DNA of 64,000 nt from the human T2T-CHM13v2.0 reference genome, Homo sapiens. The stretch lies in the NCBI RefSeq assembly GCF_009914755.1, contig NC_060932.1. One strand, 5' to 3'. The notes below the pieces were generated by a model that did no database searches, was not told the origin of the DNA, and was given only the letters and a program-made list of their open reading frames with translations. Shown piece after piece: positions 28,381-43,300 of this stretch; the stretch's first letter is position 1; each line of letters starts with the position of its first letter. Position numbers and translations under genes: made by a program.

Positions 28381-29102
28381 TACTAGAAGCAGGAATCAGT
28401 CACCCTTGACACAGTTTCCAGTTCTACCCCAATGGCTCAAGCCCGGGGCCAGAGGCAGGATCATAAAAGCATCTTTTCCACCTAGCAGACTGGGCTTCTG
28501 TTTTCCTATTGCTTTCTTTAAAGGTATTCAGGCATTGGCCTGGGAGCTTAGAAAAATCTGCACTCTAATCCTTAAGTGTACTGCTGGTTGTCACTGTGCC
28601 TGCTTTCTCTTTCTGCCTGACTCCAGACTCCTGCCTTCCAGGACCTGGGAACTGATGACTGCATTCCAGACTTATTTACACTTTCTTTGTCCAGGATGTG
28701 TAAATACAAATTCTTGAGATTGTTTCCTGTTGCGGTGATGTATTGAAGTTTCACCTTCCATCTGAAGAACTAGGGTCTGCCCCAGGCCACATTTTCCCTG
28801 AGACTCCAGGAAGAAGACAATATTTGGTTGCCATCAGCAGAGTGATTGTCAGGCAGGCAGAAACTGGACAAAGGTGAGACAAGAGACATGCGGGTGTCTG
28901 TCAGTATCAACAGGTTTCGCATCTGAGGGACTCCGTGGTCGCAGGTACAACAACTAGGCATTAGGCCCTCTGCCAGGTAAAAGAAGTATCCCATGAATGG
29001 CACACTAAACACTCAAGTCCAGCTTCCCCTCATTTCCTGTTAGGGCAGGGTTGCCAGCCATTTGGTACTGGGACCCCAATTTAGATGGGGGCTCTCAAAA
29101 CA
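28381..29102 (+). mobile_element. ERVL-type solo LTR, MER54-like
   Basis: Starts 'tactagaagcaggaatcagtcacccttgacacagtttccagttc', ends 'gggggctctcaaaaca'; GC-richer block of ~720 bp. The LTR call is firmer than the family name. Confidence 0.7.
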
Positions 29103-30434
29103 ATCATTTATAATTTCTATGGATATCAGCATAAGGGTATATATTATATATGTACATATCACAATCAGGTTTGCTAATATTGGTTCAGTTTTATAAAACT
29201 ATTAATTTAAATATGAACAAACAATGAAACAGCTATAATTATAGTCATTTAAATTTGTATGCTTCATAAAATAATTAGGTTTCTAGTCATATAAGCACAG
29301 AACTCCTTTAGGCCTGAGTGCTTTAATTAAGCATGCCCATTTTATGAAAATCTTTTTCTTGATATAACTTACAAAATAAAAATGTCTTCTAATATTCCAA
29401 TAAAACACAACTATAAAGACTCTTTAGTTTAGGTTTTCAAGTCAAGTGGAGAGAAGAAAACAATAGTTGTAGGTGAGTGTATTCTACTTTTAGAGTTGAA
29501 ACAAGGAGTCCTTTTGGATTTAGAACAAGGAGGATAAGGGAAGAAAATTGCCCTTTTCTCAGTACTGAATGAGTAAGACCTGCTTAGTCAGAATCTGCAG
29601 ATACCAATTATCTGACAACTAAGAGGCAAGACTCCAGAGAGTCTCCTTCCCCCTTCTAAAAGAATAAAGACTAGATTAGAGAAGTAAATTCAACTCCTGG
29701 CAGATCTTAATATCTTTCAGTAAGAAATTAAAATTGACAGCAAAATGAAAAAAATAGAATTTAGTTTTGCATAATTATGGGTAGATACTAAAATTAGTGG
29801 AGAGTGTTCAATTTAAAATTAGTAGTAAGAGCAGTGGTAAGATTCAGATTTGCTAACACCAAAAAAAATTTCATAAAATGAGACTCAACAGAGTTTGGGT
29901 TTTAATTTAAATACAAGAACAGTGTATAGAAATGAGGACTTCCTATGCAAGATAATTAGTAAACAATAATATTAACACTTCCCACAATAAACACTATCTG
30001 TCAGGCATGATAGTAACTCACTACTGTAATAATAACCTATGATTTAGGTACTATTGTGATGTGAGTGCTGGTCTAATCTACACAATCAATTCTTTTAATA
30101 TATTTGACTCCACGTTTACCCTGGGGGCCAAAACCACTGCTGGACACCAGAAGAGTGTAACTAGGTAGAAAGGATGAGGTATCCAGTCGTTTTGCAAATA
30201 TATTTTCTCAATTACATTAATTTTAGTCCCTCTGCCCTCTCAAACTTTGTTTTTTAAAATTTAATTAATTTATTACATTCATTATCCTAAAAATAAATAT
30301 AATTTAAAAAGACACTTTAGAAATTAGAAGAATTAAAAAAATGGAACATTACTGACAAAGCCGTTTGTCTTTATCCCTAGCACCAATGTCAGTGATCCTG
30401 CCTTTCACAAATAACCACTAATTAGAAGTTCATG

Positions 30435-30722
<288 letters not shown>

Positions 30723-30821
30723 AAAGTTTATGCATATTATTTCAAATTTCTTATTATCTTTCCATATATATTTGTCACATCTGTAAATCAAGGTTTAGGT
30801 ATAGATACGTATATTATCCAG

Positions 30822-31326
30822 TGTATTAGATTTATAACACTGATATGACAAATTGTCACAAATTTAATGGCTTAAACCAGCACAAATTTATTATCTTGCA
30901 GCTCTTCAGGTCAGAAATTTGCTATGGGTCTCACTAGGCTAAAATCAATGTGTCTGCCGGACTGCATTCCTTTTAGGTGGCTCTAGAAGATAATTCATTT
31001 TCTTGCTTTTTCTAGCTTCTAGAGATTGCCCATATTCTATAGCTCATGGTCACCTTTCTTAATCTTCAAAACTAGCATTACATCTCTCTTATTATTCTCT
31101 AGTAGTTACTTCAGCCTGTAAACCCAGCTGGAAGTGGTTGTCCACTTTTATGGACGCATATGATTAGATTAGGTTCACCTGGATAATGTAGGATAATTTC
31201 TTCATCTTAAATTCCATACCTTAATCTCATCTGCAGAGTCCATTTTGCCATATAAAGTAACATATTCACAGCTTCTGAGGATTAGGAGGTGGACTTTCCT
31301 TGGATGCCATTTTTCTGTGTATCACA
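30822..31326 (-). mobile_element. MLT1 (MLT1C/D-like) MaLR solo LTR
   Basis: tgtattag...ggcttaaaccagcacaaatttattatcttgcag...catctgcagagtccattttgccatataaagtaacatattcacag...tatcaca. Confidence 0.88.
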
Positions 31327-33899
31327 GCCACAAACATATATTATCTGTAAATTGGGTAAGAGGAAGCATAACTGCAGATCTTGTAGCTTCTATTCTATCT
31401 TTCCTATAAAACAGAAGTTAATATCAACTGCTCAGTGTATAAGGAATCATCGAAAAGTGGTTTAGAGGGAGAATAGAGTATTATTTGTGTGTATGTGGCA
31501 TCCATAAAATGGGGGACCTCTTAGGGGATGTATATGTAAGGCTCAGTGAAATGTGTTGAGATGGAGAGGAAAAATGTGTTTGCAAATATATCTTGGCATT
31601 CTTCTGAAGAGTAGGAAGATGAGGATTAAAACCTTACCTAAGGTTTGAGGATGCAGGCAAGTTTCATTTGGTGAGCTAGGGTTACTCTGATTTGAATAAG
31701 CATGGTGTTCTTAAAATATGTGATTTAAATAAGTATGTTATTCTGAAAACATGGCACATTCTTTTTTTCAGAAATCATTTCAAGGACAGAAGTGACAGAG
31801 AATCAGACATCTTGTTATACATGATGGGTACTGTCCAGACATTTTATGGCTAGCACTGGAGTACAGATTTAAGTCTCTGCATCAAAATCATGTAAAAATT
31901 ACTTTCTTTCAATAGAGATCCTCTGAAAACGCTACACTGGAAAAGATAAAGGAAATCTTATGTTTACTAACAACAAGAAAAAAGACTTTTGAGATCCTAC
32001 AGAACTAGGTTGCCCATGTTATATCACTTAAAATAGGGTTTTATTTAGATCAAATAACATTATTATTTTTATAATATTTTAAAACCAAAGACATTTCTAA
32101 AATTTCATTTACTGATCTGTGCTGTTTTGGGAAAAGATAATATTAGAACACTTTGAACATTTCTTGTGGCACAAACAAATGTGTCATGTCTTTTCCAATT
32201 GTTTTTTTACTGTGATACTGGCTCATTTCCATTAGTTATGTCACATAGTAATATTTTGAAGTTGATAGCACTGAAAATGTTAGTGATTAAACGATGTAAC
32301 CTAAATACCTCACTAAGGATACAGGTACTTTCTTTGATAGATATAAATAAAAGCTAATTGCGACACTAGTTTTTAAAGATTGCAGGTCCTCAAGAGACAT
32401 GACTAAATTTGCTGTCATTGAATTTTACCTGTGAGGTTAGTGTTTAATTTGACTTTATAGATCAGAAGTGATGTACTGTGTTGTTTGTAGGGCATTTTTC
32501 AAAATACCTATTCTTTAACCTTTGGAATTACTTATTAGGTTCTACTTCAAATGTCCTGTTATATTATACTGCATTTTACCCTTGGATATCAAACAAGTTT
32601 GTCTCTAATTTGTCAGGGTATGTTAAAATACAATGTTTATAACACAATGTAAGTAATTGATTTCTAGGTTGAAACTGAGAGCCAGGTGTAGGCTTATCTT
32701 TACTAAGACACTTCATAGGAAGCCTATAATGATGAAGGAGAATAAACAATCATAGTAAATCATTTAATACCACACCTATCACTCTTTTTGATCCACAGTT
32801 ATCTGCACTGAGGGAATTCAGTTATACTGTACAGTAAGAGTTGGGCTCTTTCGCTAGGCTAGCTTGGTAATGCACGTTCCAAAGAGATATATAGTGTAGT
32901 GAAAGAAGAAGATTTAGTGAGACAAGACACTTTTTCCCCTCTGGACTTTTTGGTACATAAAAGTCTTGTCAGTTTGACATTTGCTACTTTTGCTTTATGA
33001 TTTTGTCCTATTTTCTTTTTTTCCAATGCCATCTTTATCAAGCTACTGAAATACATTTTGCTAAATATTCCAGATGGAGCACTGTCAGACTTTTTTCCTG
33101 GATAGAAACCAGGAAAATTGCCAAGCATCTATTCTCTTTATAGCTCCACATTTTGAACATATTGTATAATTCTAGTATTGCCCATAACTGTCTTATTATT
33201 ACTAATTGTTTATCAGTTTTCCTCTGAAATTCCCAATACCATAATTGAGTTATATTACATGCATGGTAGAACAGTAGATACTAAAAAAAACTGAATGATG
33301 AATGTTTGATCACACTTATATCAGAAGAGGATACTTTATTTCAGCATAGAAAATATATACAACATATACACTATCTGTGTATTTAACGTACAAAAAGAAA
33401 AAACTCAAGCCCAAGTATTTTGCATTTAGCATACAATTAATTAAAAACACAATATAGAGTTTCAATAATATTAAGAGAATAAAAGAATGCATACATGCTG
33501 TTTAATAGGCCTATTTTAGAGGTGAGAGATATAGAGTAATTCCACCATCTCTGTTTGGATTGGTTATAAAAATATTAGAGACTTCCATTTTAAGTAAAAG
33601 CAAACCAGATATTTGCACAGATTATCCCACTCAAGACATCTAGAACAAATTCAAGTATCAGTTTTGTAAACTATCACCCAGCCAAGATCTGGAATATGGA
33701 AATATAAAGGTGAGCCAAGAAAGAAAGCTTAACAGACAAACAGATGAACAATACTTTGGACAGCTTTCCAGGAAGAGAAGTATAAAAATTAAAGTACAGG
33801 GTTTGAAAAGATGAGGAGGGGAAAGGGTTGCCTAGTAAAGCATGCACATTTTAGTTTGAAAACATGAAACACTACAATTAGAAATAAAAGTGAACTAGG

Positions 33900-35170
33900 A
33901 ATGACTGTCACTTGTCTACTTAGCAGGAAAATAACGAGATATAACAATTATACTGTGGTATCTTGGATTAGATCCTGGAAGAGAAAAATGATAATACCAA
34001 AAGAACTGGAGAAACTGTAATCTGTAATTTAGTTAATGATATTGTACTAATGTTAAATTCTTAATTTGATCATTGTACCATGGCTGTATATGCCATTATG
34101 TTGGGAACCTGGGTATATGGAATTTCTCAAACATTGCAATCACTGAACAAAATACAGTTTGTGTAACTATGTTCATATTAAACACAGTAAATCTACACCG
34201 AAAAGCAATACTATAACTAAAGAGGGATATTTCATAATAAAAAGTTTCAAGTTTCCAGGAGATTACAACAATTTTCAACTTGAATGCACATACTAATATT
34301 GTCTGACAATATATTACAAAGGAAAAGAAAGAGATCTATAAGGAAAATTAGAACAACAAATTATATTTACCAAATGTAGAAAAAAAAGACATATGATAAG
34401 ATCAGAGAGTAATGAAATGAAATTGTAATGCAAAGAATCAACAAATAAGTTAGTTCTTTGAAATGTATAACACAATTCATAAATACTCAAGGAAACATAG
34501 CAAGACAATAAGAGACTAAGCACAAATAACCAATACCAGAAATTAAAAAGAGGGGCTATCAACACAGAATAAAAACACAGTTAAAAAAAGAGGGCATTAT
34601 TAATATATCCATATTAGTATATATGAAAATATAGAGAAAATGGAAAAGTTCCTAAAAATAAAAATAACTTACCAGAACTGACACAAAGTGAAAAAGAAAA
34701 GTGAATCATTTTTAAGTATTAAACTTAAGCCATAAGAAAATCTGTAATTAAACCAATATACAAATGATTTCACAGAATGTTATTTAGTGAAAATATAACA
34801 TTATTCTTACAAGAATATTTTACAGAGAAGGGGAAAAGGAGAATTCATGTCATGACTTATTTTACAAAGTTTTCATAAGCTTGATACCAAAGTACAAAAA
34901 GGACATTATAAGAAAGGGGAATTATAATTTTTGTCACAGATATATAATCAAAGATTATAAACAGCATATCAGTAAAATGACTCCAGCATTGTAAAGGAAT
35001 AAAATTTCCTCCTCTCAATGATAAAAAGTCGGTGGCAGAAAATTTACCAGAAAAATCCTAAATCTCCTAAAGAGTAGAAACAAATATTCCTAGAACAAAG
35101 TATTATACTTCAAGGTAAAAAATTAAAAGCTTTCCTTTGAATTAGAGAATAAGGAAAATGTGCCTTCTCC
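33900..35170 (+). mobile_element. Old L1M fragments (L1MC/ME 3' UTR piece and ORF2 relic)
   Basis: 'tcttggattagatcctggaa...gatattgtactaatgttaaattc'; ORF2-like 'acttaccagaactgacacaaagtgaa' and 'ttgataccaaagtac'. Confidence 0.65.
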
Positions 35171-35219
35171 TGGGGTTCTGTTTCAGGTCTTCATTGCTAT
35201 ATTACAGTACAGCAGCTTG

Positions 35220-35732
35220 AATGTTTTAAAGATTGCTGAAACAACATCTAACATTCAATGTGGTCTTGTACAATTTTAAAATTCACTCAACATGTGGATC
35301 TTGGTCCCCTCTCTTTAAACTGATGGAACCATAACCAGGAGACTGTAGTAAAAGTGATGTATTAGAAATTTCAGCAATAGATCATTAACATGTATTTTGT
35401 CATTGTTTTGTATGATCACTCTTGGCTCCCAGCCCACATGTTCAGAGTAAGTTCAAGTAACCCATTGAGAATACCATATGATGAAGAATTGAGGTCCCCA
35501 ACTGCAGTCCCACCAGAGCTTGCAGCTGAAAGCCAGCAACAAGTTCTCAGGCATCTAAATGAGGTAATTTGAAAGTGGATTCTTAGGTCTGGCATCAAAC
35601 TACCCCAGTTTGGTGTGCATGGACAAAAGAAAAGCCACATCCACTGAGCTCTGCTCAAATTGATTTCTTGGCCAAAACATATCGTTGTTTTAATCTGTTA
35701 ACTTTTGTGTAGCAATAAGTGATTAGTATGAC
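35220..35732 (+). mobile_element. MLT1 (G/H-like) MaLR LTR
   Basis: 'gaagaattgaggtccccaact...ccactgagctctgctcaaattg...ttgttttaatctgttaacttttgtgtagcaataagtgatta'. Confidence 0.7.
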
Positions 35733-35988
35733 AAAAATGGAGAGCCATAAGTATTGGAGAAAAATAAAACAGTTGTCAATAATCATAGATTAACTGAATC
35801 TATGCATAGCAAATCCAAAATAATCTCTGCAGTTAATATAAATGATAATACAGTGTAGTAAGACTACTGGATAAGGGGTTAATATAAAAAATCTGTATTC
35901 TCTCCATACATTAGCTACAAGGTGTGAAAAATGAAGGGGTACCATTTAAATTATCATAACGTATAAAATAATTACATATAAATAAGTA

Positions 35989-37212
35989 GAGTCATGTGCT
36001 GCATACATTTCAGTCAACAATTAATGAATATAAGGTGGTCCTACAAGATGATAATGGAGCTAAAAAGTTTCTATTGCCTAGTGACATCATAGCCATGGTA
36101 ATGGCATAGCACAACACATTACTCACATGTTTGTGGCAATGCTGATGTAAACAAACCTACTGTGCTGCCAGTCATATAAAAGTATAGCATACACAATTCT
36201 GTACAGTACATAATACATTATAATGATAATAAATAAGTTACTGGTATATGCATTTACCATACTATACTATTCCTTGGTACTTTATAGTGTATTCCTTCTA
36301 CTTATAAAAACAAAGATAACTGTGAAACAGCCTATGTTGGTCCTGTAGGAATACTTCCAGAAGAAGGCATTGTTATCACAAGAGATGACAACTCCGTGTA
36401 TGTTAATGCCCTTGAAGACATTCAATGGGACAATGCATGGAGAGGAAAGACAGTGATACTGATGATTCTTGCCCTTGTAGGCTTAGACTAATGTGTGTTT
36501 TAGTATCTTAGTTTCTAACAAAAAATTGAAAAGTTAAATTTAAAAAAAAATTTTAAAACAGAAATAAGTTTATAGAATAAGGATACAAAGATGAAAAATA
36601 TTTTTATACAGCTGTGCAATGTGTTTGTGTCTTAAGGTAAATGTTATTATGAGAGTCAAAATTTAAAAACAAAGTTTATAAAGTAAAAAAAAGTTAAAGT
36701 AAACTAGGGTTAATTTATTAAAGTAAGAAAAATATTTTTATAAAACGTTCGTAGTAGTATATTTGTAGTAGTAAAATATATGTAGTATAGCCTGACTACA
36801 GTGTTTACAAAGCCTACTGCAGTGTACAGTAATGCCATAGGCCTTCAAATTCACTCACCACTCACTCTCTGACTCACTAAGAGCAACTTCCAGTACTGCA
36901 ATCTCTATTTTTATAGTATGTGCCCTATGCAAATATACCATTTTTTATCTTTTATACCTTTTGTTCCTATTTCTTTCCTATGTTTAGATATCTTGGGACC
37001 CAAATACATATTATTGTTTTACAATTACCTACAGTATTCAGCACAGTAATATGCTGTTCAGATTTATAGCCTAAGAGCAATGGGTTATAATACACAGCCT
37101 AGGTGTGTAGTATGCTAGACAATTTTGGTTTGTGTAAGTACACTCTATGATGTTCACACAATTATGAAATCACCTAATGACAGAATGTATCCCCATCATT
37201 GACACATGGCTA
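35989..37212. mobile_element. Tigger3b (GOLEM) DNA transposon, ~1.2 kb
   Basis: TIR ends TA|gagtcatgtgctgcata ... acacatggcta|TA; internal 'ccagaagaaggcattgttatcacaagagatgacaactcc'. Confidence 0.9.
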
Positions 37213-37379
37213 TATATGTAGAATATTATGTCAAAATTGTGAAATTTATTATTAAATTATAAATATTATGTCTAAATTTAGATATATATGTAAGTAATTT
37301 TTTCTTTTCGCTCAAGGTGACTTCTGTTAGTCAGACTCTATTATAAAGTAGGAATAATATTTTTGAAGAGGAATAATAT

Positions 37380-38700
37380 TTCCGCTCAGAAAATCATACA
37401 ATATTTTGAGAGACATTAAAGAAGAAATTTTCAAAAGGAGAAACATACAAAATTTATAGATGGTTGGGCTCAGGGTTTTAAGATATTAGTTTCCTGCATA
37501 CTGGTTTAGAATTTTGTAAAATACCAACCATAACCCAACAAGCTGTGTGTTTGTGTAGGTACGTTTACCAGCTTATGGCAAACTTTAAATGGAAATTCAA
37601 TGGACTAATACATTTTACTTGAAGAAGTGAAGGCAGGAGGAATCATTATGTATAACTCATTTGCTTTCTCCCTTTCTAGGGCAGTTGGTCGCTTTATTCC
37701 TATCCACCACTGCAGTGAACAACACAGCTCTTTTTTTTCCCCAGACATCATCTCAGATTTAAATCCTACAATGCCTCACCTCACAACATGTCATGCTTGT
37801 CATCTTTTACACAAAGATTAATTTTTTTCCTGAGGCTTGTGAAACTGTGGGGTCTGCTTTGTGCTGATGCAAATGCAACCTACAGCAAGAAACAATTTTC
37901 TCCCTATGGAGCAATACTTTGACCAACAGTTAATAAATACTGGCAGATAATTTCTCCTCCTCTTGTCATACACATACTAATCTGAGATACAGTAGTTTAT
38001 AGGCGTCTTTGAAGATGTGGCCTGTCTGATCAGGCAGTCAGTTGTCCTTGATATCAAATGGTGGCCAGACAAATAATAACCCTCAATATTCTGTTTTCCC
38101 TCTCAGTCTGCATCCTTTTTATCTTTTCTTTGGTGTTACACTCCTTAATAAAGTACAGCACATAATTTTTTGGAAGATTAGAACAGAGGAACAGAAGACA
38201 AATCAAGACATATATAGGCACTTGATTTCAAAGAAGGGTGGCCTGAGACCATTAGTAAAAATACTGTTTTTTTCAACAAACGGTGCTGAGATGATTGGAT
38301 ATCCAGTTGGAAAAAATAAAATATAGACTATAGATAATTCTTGATACATTTTACATTTAAATTTAAAGGCAAGATACTAAAATATCTAGAAAATAATAAA
38401 TATTTCTTAAAACAATGGAATAATTATAAACAAAGAAAAATGTTGAGCTTCTTTATGATAGAGTCTAACAGAAGTCACCTTGAGCAAAAAGAAAAAAAAT
38501 TATTTACATATATATCTTAAAAAGTAGCACATATTCAAAATATAAAAGGGATTCCTTCACGTCTATAAGAAAAAAAGGCAAATACTCCAATAAGAAAATA
38601 AACAAAAGACTTTAAGGGGCACTATATAAATGCATTTTCCACATGGCCAGTAAACATACAAACATATGAAAATATATGAAAAGTTACTCAAACTTATGTT
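37380..38700 (+). mobile_element. Old L1M ORF2 fragments, interrupted by an LTR
   Basis: 'gagacattaaagaagaaatt', 'ttttcaacaaacggtgctgagatgattggatatcca', 'atggccagtaaacata'. Confidence 0.6.
37649..38185 (+). mobile_element. ERVL LTR16-like solo LTR
   Basis: 'cctatggagcaatactttgaccaacag', 'cactccttaataaagtacagcacata'; TG...CA ends plausible. Confidence 0.55.
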
Positions 38701-38759
38701 TTAATATACTCACCTGTAAATAACTATAATTTCTTAGGAATTAGAATGTTGGAACCGAT

Positions 38760-39850
38760 ACATTAAAAAAAAATGTGAACAAATTTCAAGAAACCCATTT
38801 AGTAGTCTAACATTCAACTTACAAGAGTTCTGGAAGAGAGAACAGTAAAAATATGGGGTAATAAATTATCAAAAATATATGAGGTTTACTAAATTTAAAT
38901 ATTATGAGCCTCCGGAATGAGAGGGTTCATGGTTTCCAAAGAACAGTTTTTAAAATAAAAAAACCTAAAATTAAAAGTGACATAAAAAATTACATACCAT
39001 AACATTTGAAAATATGCAAGTAAAGGAAAATGGCCTAAAAGCTTCCAGAGATGATTAAAAACAATAAAAATCAATGAATAAAAAAATCATATAATTAGGA
39101 AGAAGAACCAGCCTCACACAGATTTCTCAATAGCTAAACTAATTAATAGGAAAATTACATATAAGGTTTAGAGAATATTCATTTCAACCAGCATTCTATA
39201 TTCATTAAAAATATCAATCAATATTTAGGACAGAAAATTACATCTTCAGAGTTAAACAATAATGCTCTTTATTTGCTTTTTCTAAGAAAATTTCTCTATA
39301 ATATTCTTCAGGTAAACAAAGCAAAAAGAATACACATAATCCAGGGACTACCATTACAACACGGGGGAAAAGGAATTCAGTGTTTTTCTTTAAGGGGGCT
39401 ACAAGCATTTGTGGGGGTTGGGGGGGCAATTCATAATTCTTCATAAAGTAAGAGTGTTTTACAAATTGCCTTCTCCATTTCCATCTAGGAAATGCCAGTG
39501 GCGGCATCCTCCTTCCATCTATGCTAGAATCATAAAAGGTTTCTCATAGGCCAGGTACAATGATATCAGGAAAACAATACAAAAACCAACCAACAAACAA
39601 AATATTAATTCCTGGCAAAAACGAGGCGCACAAAAGTGGTGATTTACTAATAATGCATATTTTGACAACACTGATTCATATTTTCATAGATATAACAATA
39701 ATTAACATTGATAAGTAAGTGTGGATACCATTTGGTGGGACAGAAATGGGAAGATAGAAATGAATACAAAGCTAATTTCACGTCAGACATGGCAGGAAGT
39801 CAAAAGATAGTACATTAAATTGACAAATGTTTTAAAACATGGAGATGAAT
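38760..39850 (+). mobile_element. HAL1 or L1 ORF1-like relic
   Basis: ORF1-like motifs 'ctaacattcaacttacaagagttctggaagagag', 'cctaaaagcttccagaga', 'tttcaaccagcattctatattca'. Confidence 0.55.
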
Positions 39851-40379
39851 ACCAGGTGAAAGACCTAGAAGAATTGAGGAAATCTCCCTTTGAACATTAT
39901 TTATCTACACAAAACTTCAAACAGTCCAAATAAGGCAGAGTGGACCTGCTTCCCCTCAAGTCAGATTCATACTTTCATCAAAGAAAATTGTATTTGTCTC
40001 TTCCCATTAAACACATACTCTCCTAATGTGTAAGACAAATTAAGAATAGAATTTGTTGGTTGGCCTGCTCTTCTACATACAAATGAAAAAAAATGCTGTA
40101 TTTCTTAACAAATAGTCATGTGCCGGTGCTTTAATAGAGATTGCTAACATTTTTTACTTCACTGAGCTTTGTTTAGGTTAAGCCTTTGCCTAGATTACAA
40201 GTAATAAGGCCATTTCTTCCACGAGCTCAACTTCAGGTTTATTAGTCAAATGGTATAAGGGCAGCTGTTATTCAGGAAAATCAAATAGTCAATGATGTAG
40301 TGGAAAGATTGGAGGAAGGAGAAGAGGACTGGTTTTGTGAATACCAGAGATAGGGCTATGCTAACAGTTTTCAAGGTAC

Positions 40380-40640
40380 AGCCCACCCTACTCTTTCACT
40401 GATAACTTCCAATCACCATTTTCCCCTTTCATTTTGCTCAATGGCATTTATCACTCTCCAAGAAAGGTATGAATTTTATTTATTAATTTGTGTTATCTGC
40501 CTCACCCTTTTAGAATTTAAGTTCCGTGAGGGGGGTGAGAATTGACAGTTTTATAGACTATAGAATTTTCAGTATCTAGAACAGCTTCAGGCTTATGGTA
40601 GATGTTCAATAAATATTGGTTGAATAAATAAATGAATAAT
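40380..40640 (+). mobile_element. L2 3' end
   Basis: 'tagaatttaagttccgtgaggg...tctagaacagcttcaggcttatggtagatgttcaataaatattggttgaataaataaatgaa'. Confidence 0.8.
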
Positions 40641-40834
40641 AAGCAAAATAAATAATAAATGAGATTAAATATTTAAATATTTGATAAATGTGAGGTATTT
40701 TAGAAAGTAGAAATAAAACACCAAAAAATGTAATCAGAGAAAGGGTTTACGAGAGAGAATTTAAATGTAGTTTTACATTTTCAAACCTGTATTATTAGGA
40801 AGGAATATGGAATATCATTAAGAATATTATGAAA

Positions 40835-41152
<318 letters not shown>

Positions 41153-42494
41153 CTAAAATTGGGCTTAAAAAGAAAGATTTACACACAGAGAAAAAAAAAA
41201 AAATGCATGGGGTTCCTTTACTGCTATACTGGAGTACAATTCATAGAGGTATATGAATTCATAAATGAACACCAATTGTGCAGGAAATTAAAAAGGAACT
41301 GAAAACAACAATGGAGATCAATTTAGGAAACAGAAGTAAGAAGGACTAATCAAATATCATTTTACCAAGTATCTCATTAAAAATCAGAGCCACGTTAGAC
41401 TGACATGGAGAAATTTATATCACCTTTCTTTCCCGAGTATCATAAAATGTATGAAGAACCAAGATATCCCAAAGCACCACTAAATTGTTTTTTAGTACTT
41501 TATTTTATTTCAATGGTAATTTTAAATTATAACTCTCACTGACACAGTATTATAAATGCTAAGATTATAAAACTATACCTTTCCAAAACTGTGATTTATA
41601 CCCATATATTCAACCAACATATATAGTACATTTATTATGTACTGAGTATTCAAGAAAGCCATCTCTCTATTCACGCATATCATTATCTAGTTAGGTAAAA
41701 AACTAAATAAATCATTCATTAACAGGACGGTGAATACTGGAGCCAAGCCTGAAATGCATAACCCTCAGAGGAGGGGTTCAAACACCAGTCTGAAGTCTCA
41801 AGTGGTACTATCTGTAGCTACTGACATGATGGTTACAAATGAGTAATTAAAAGTTATCCAGATGTAGGATGGAGTGTAAATTCGTGTTAGGGGAAGGAGG
41901 TAGCATATACAAAGGACAATAAAATAAAAAAAAAAGTCGGGGACATTTTTATATTGCCTATTTAGGACATGTTGAAAATATTAATTGACCTCAACACAAA
42001 TTCTACCTGTAACAAATGTTCAAATAATAGCAAACTGTAGATTATTTGTACCAATTTTTTTCTTTGTATATACAATGTAAAGTGTATTTATCTATGTACT
42101 TTATAACTCAAGAAAGATACCAGCACTTTTGACCTTACTATAGTGTAGATCAATTGAAAGAGTATAAAATAAAAGTGGGATGATATATTGCTAACCATAA
42201 AGCCCCTGGACATGTGGAAACAAACCTTTGTTACCACTAATAGCCTGGAGAGAATTAAATTGAAATCCCATCATAAATCTCTATAAAACGTGATTTCATT
42301 GCTGACCCTACAACCCCCAAATTCTCAACATTTTGATTGTGATAGATCACCTCTGTGATTGTCGGCTTTGAATTCCATTCTTTAGGAGATGTCAAATTAC
42401 TATTTTGTGATATTTTGAAAAGACCCTTTTGTCTTAATGCAGTTGCCATAGTATTATTTTTTATGATTTTATTTTGTCAATTTAGTTAAGTTTA

Positions 42495-42572
42495 AGGGCA
42501 ACGTGGTGCAGTGAAACAAGCACAAATTTTGATGTCAGATAAACCTGAGTTCAAATCCTTGATCTTCACATA
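42495..42572 (+). mobile_element. MIR 5' fragment
   Basis: 'ggcaacgtggtgcagtgaaacaagcac...cagataaacctgagttcaaatcc'. Confidence 0.7.
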
Positions 42573-42579
42573 TATTACT

Positions 42580-43300
42580 TTATTATTATTAATAATATTT
42601 TTGACCAGGACAACAATTGAATTAATCATTCTCACTTCACGAAATAATACAATCAGCAGTTCATGCAAAACTCCCCTTTTATTTAACTTTTAATTATATC
42701 CTTTTAATTTGTCCATATTTTCCACTTTTACTCCACTCTACCTCCCACAGACAACAACTCCAGGTGGCTTGAAATGGACGCTTGAGTTTTTATGTAGTTT
42801 CTAGAAGTATGTATTTTTAATATGTATTTATTATAAATTCATACAAATTGATAAAAATTTATAGAAATGGCACTGTCCTACAGATTTCATTTTGTCTCCT
42901 AATATTTTCATTCACCACTATTTTTTGGACCTATACAGATCACTGTGAATACCCCATTTGCTGTTTTTAATGCTTTTCTATGGGGTACATCTACCTCATT
43001 ATACTTACTCATTAGAAATCTAGATTGCCCCTAAGAAGATGATACTATATTTTTCAATACTGATGTAATGAACATTTTCACAGGTATGTCATGGTCCATT
43101 ATGAAAATTCCTATATGAGAGTACCTGGGGTATAAATTCAGATGTTGTTAGGCACATGATATAAGCAAATTTAATTTTATGTACTGTCAAACTGGCTTCA
43201 AGAATGGATATATAAACTGACTTTCCTACTAAGTACATGAAGAGTCTGATTTTCTCACATTTCCATAAATAGTTGGCACTACTACAGCAAATATTGACAT
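42580..43300 (-). mobile_element. Old L1ME-like 3' fragment
   Basis: 'tactgtcaaactggcttcaagaatggatatataaactgactttcctactaagtacatgaagagt' antisense L1 ORF2 end. Confidence 0.55.

Noticed and set aside
31755-31835. Possible exon 31772-31827
   Set aside because: The donor GG|gtactg is weak and there is no other support.
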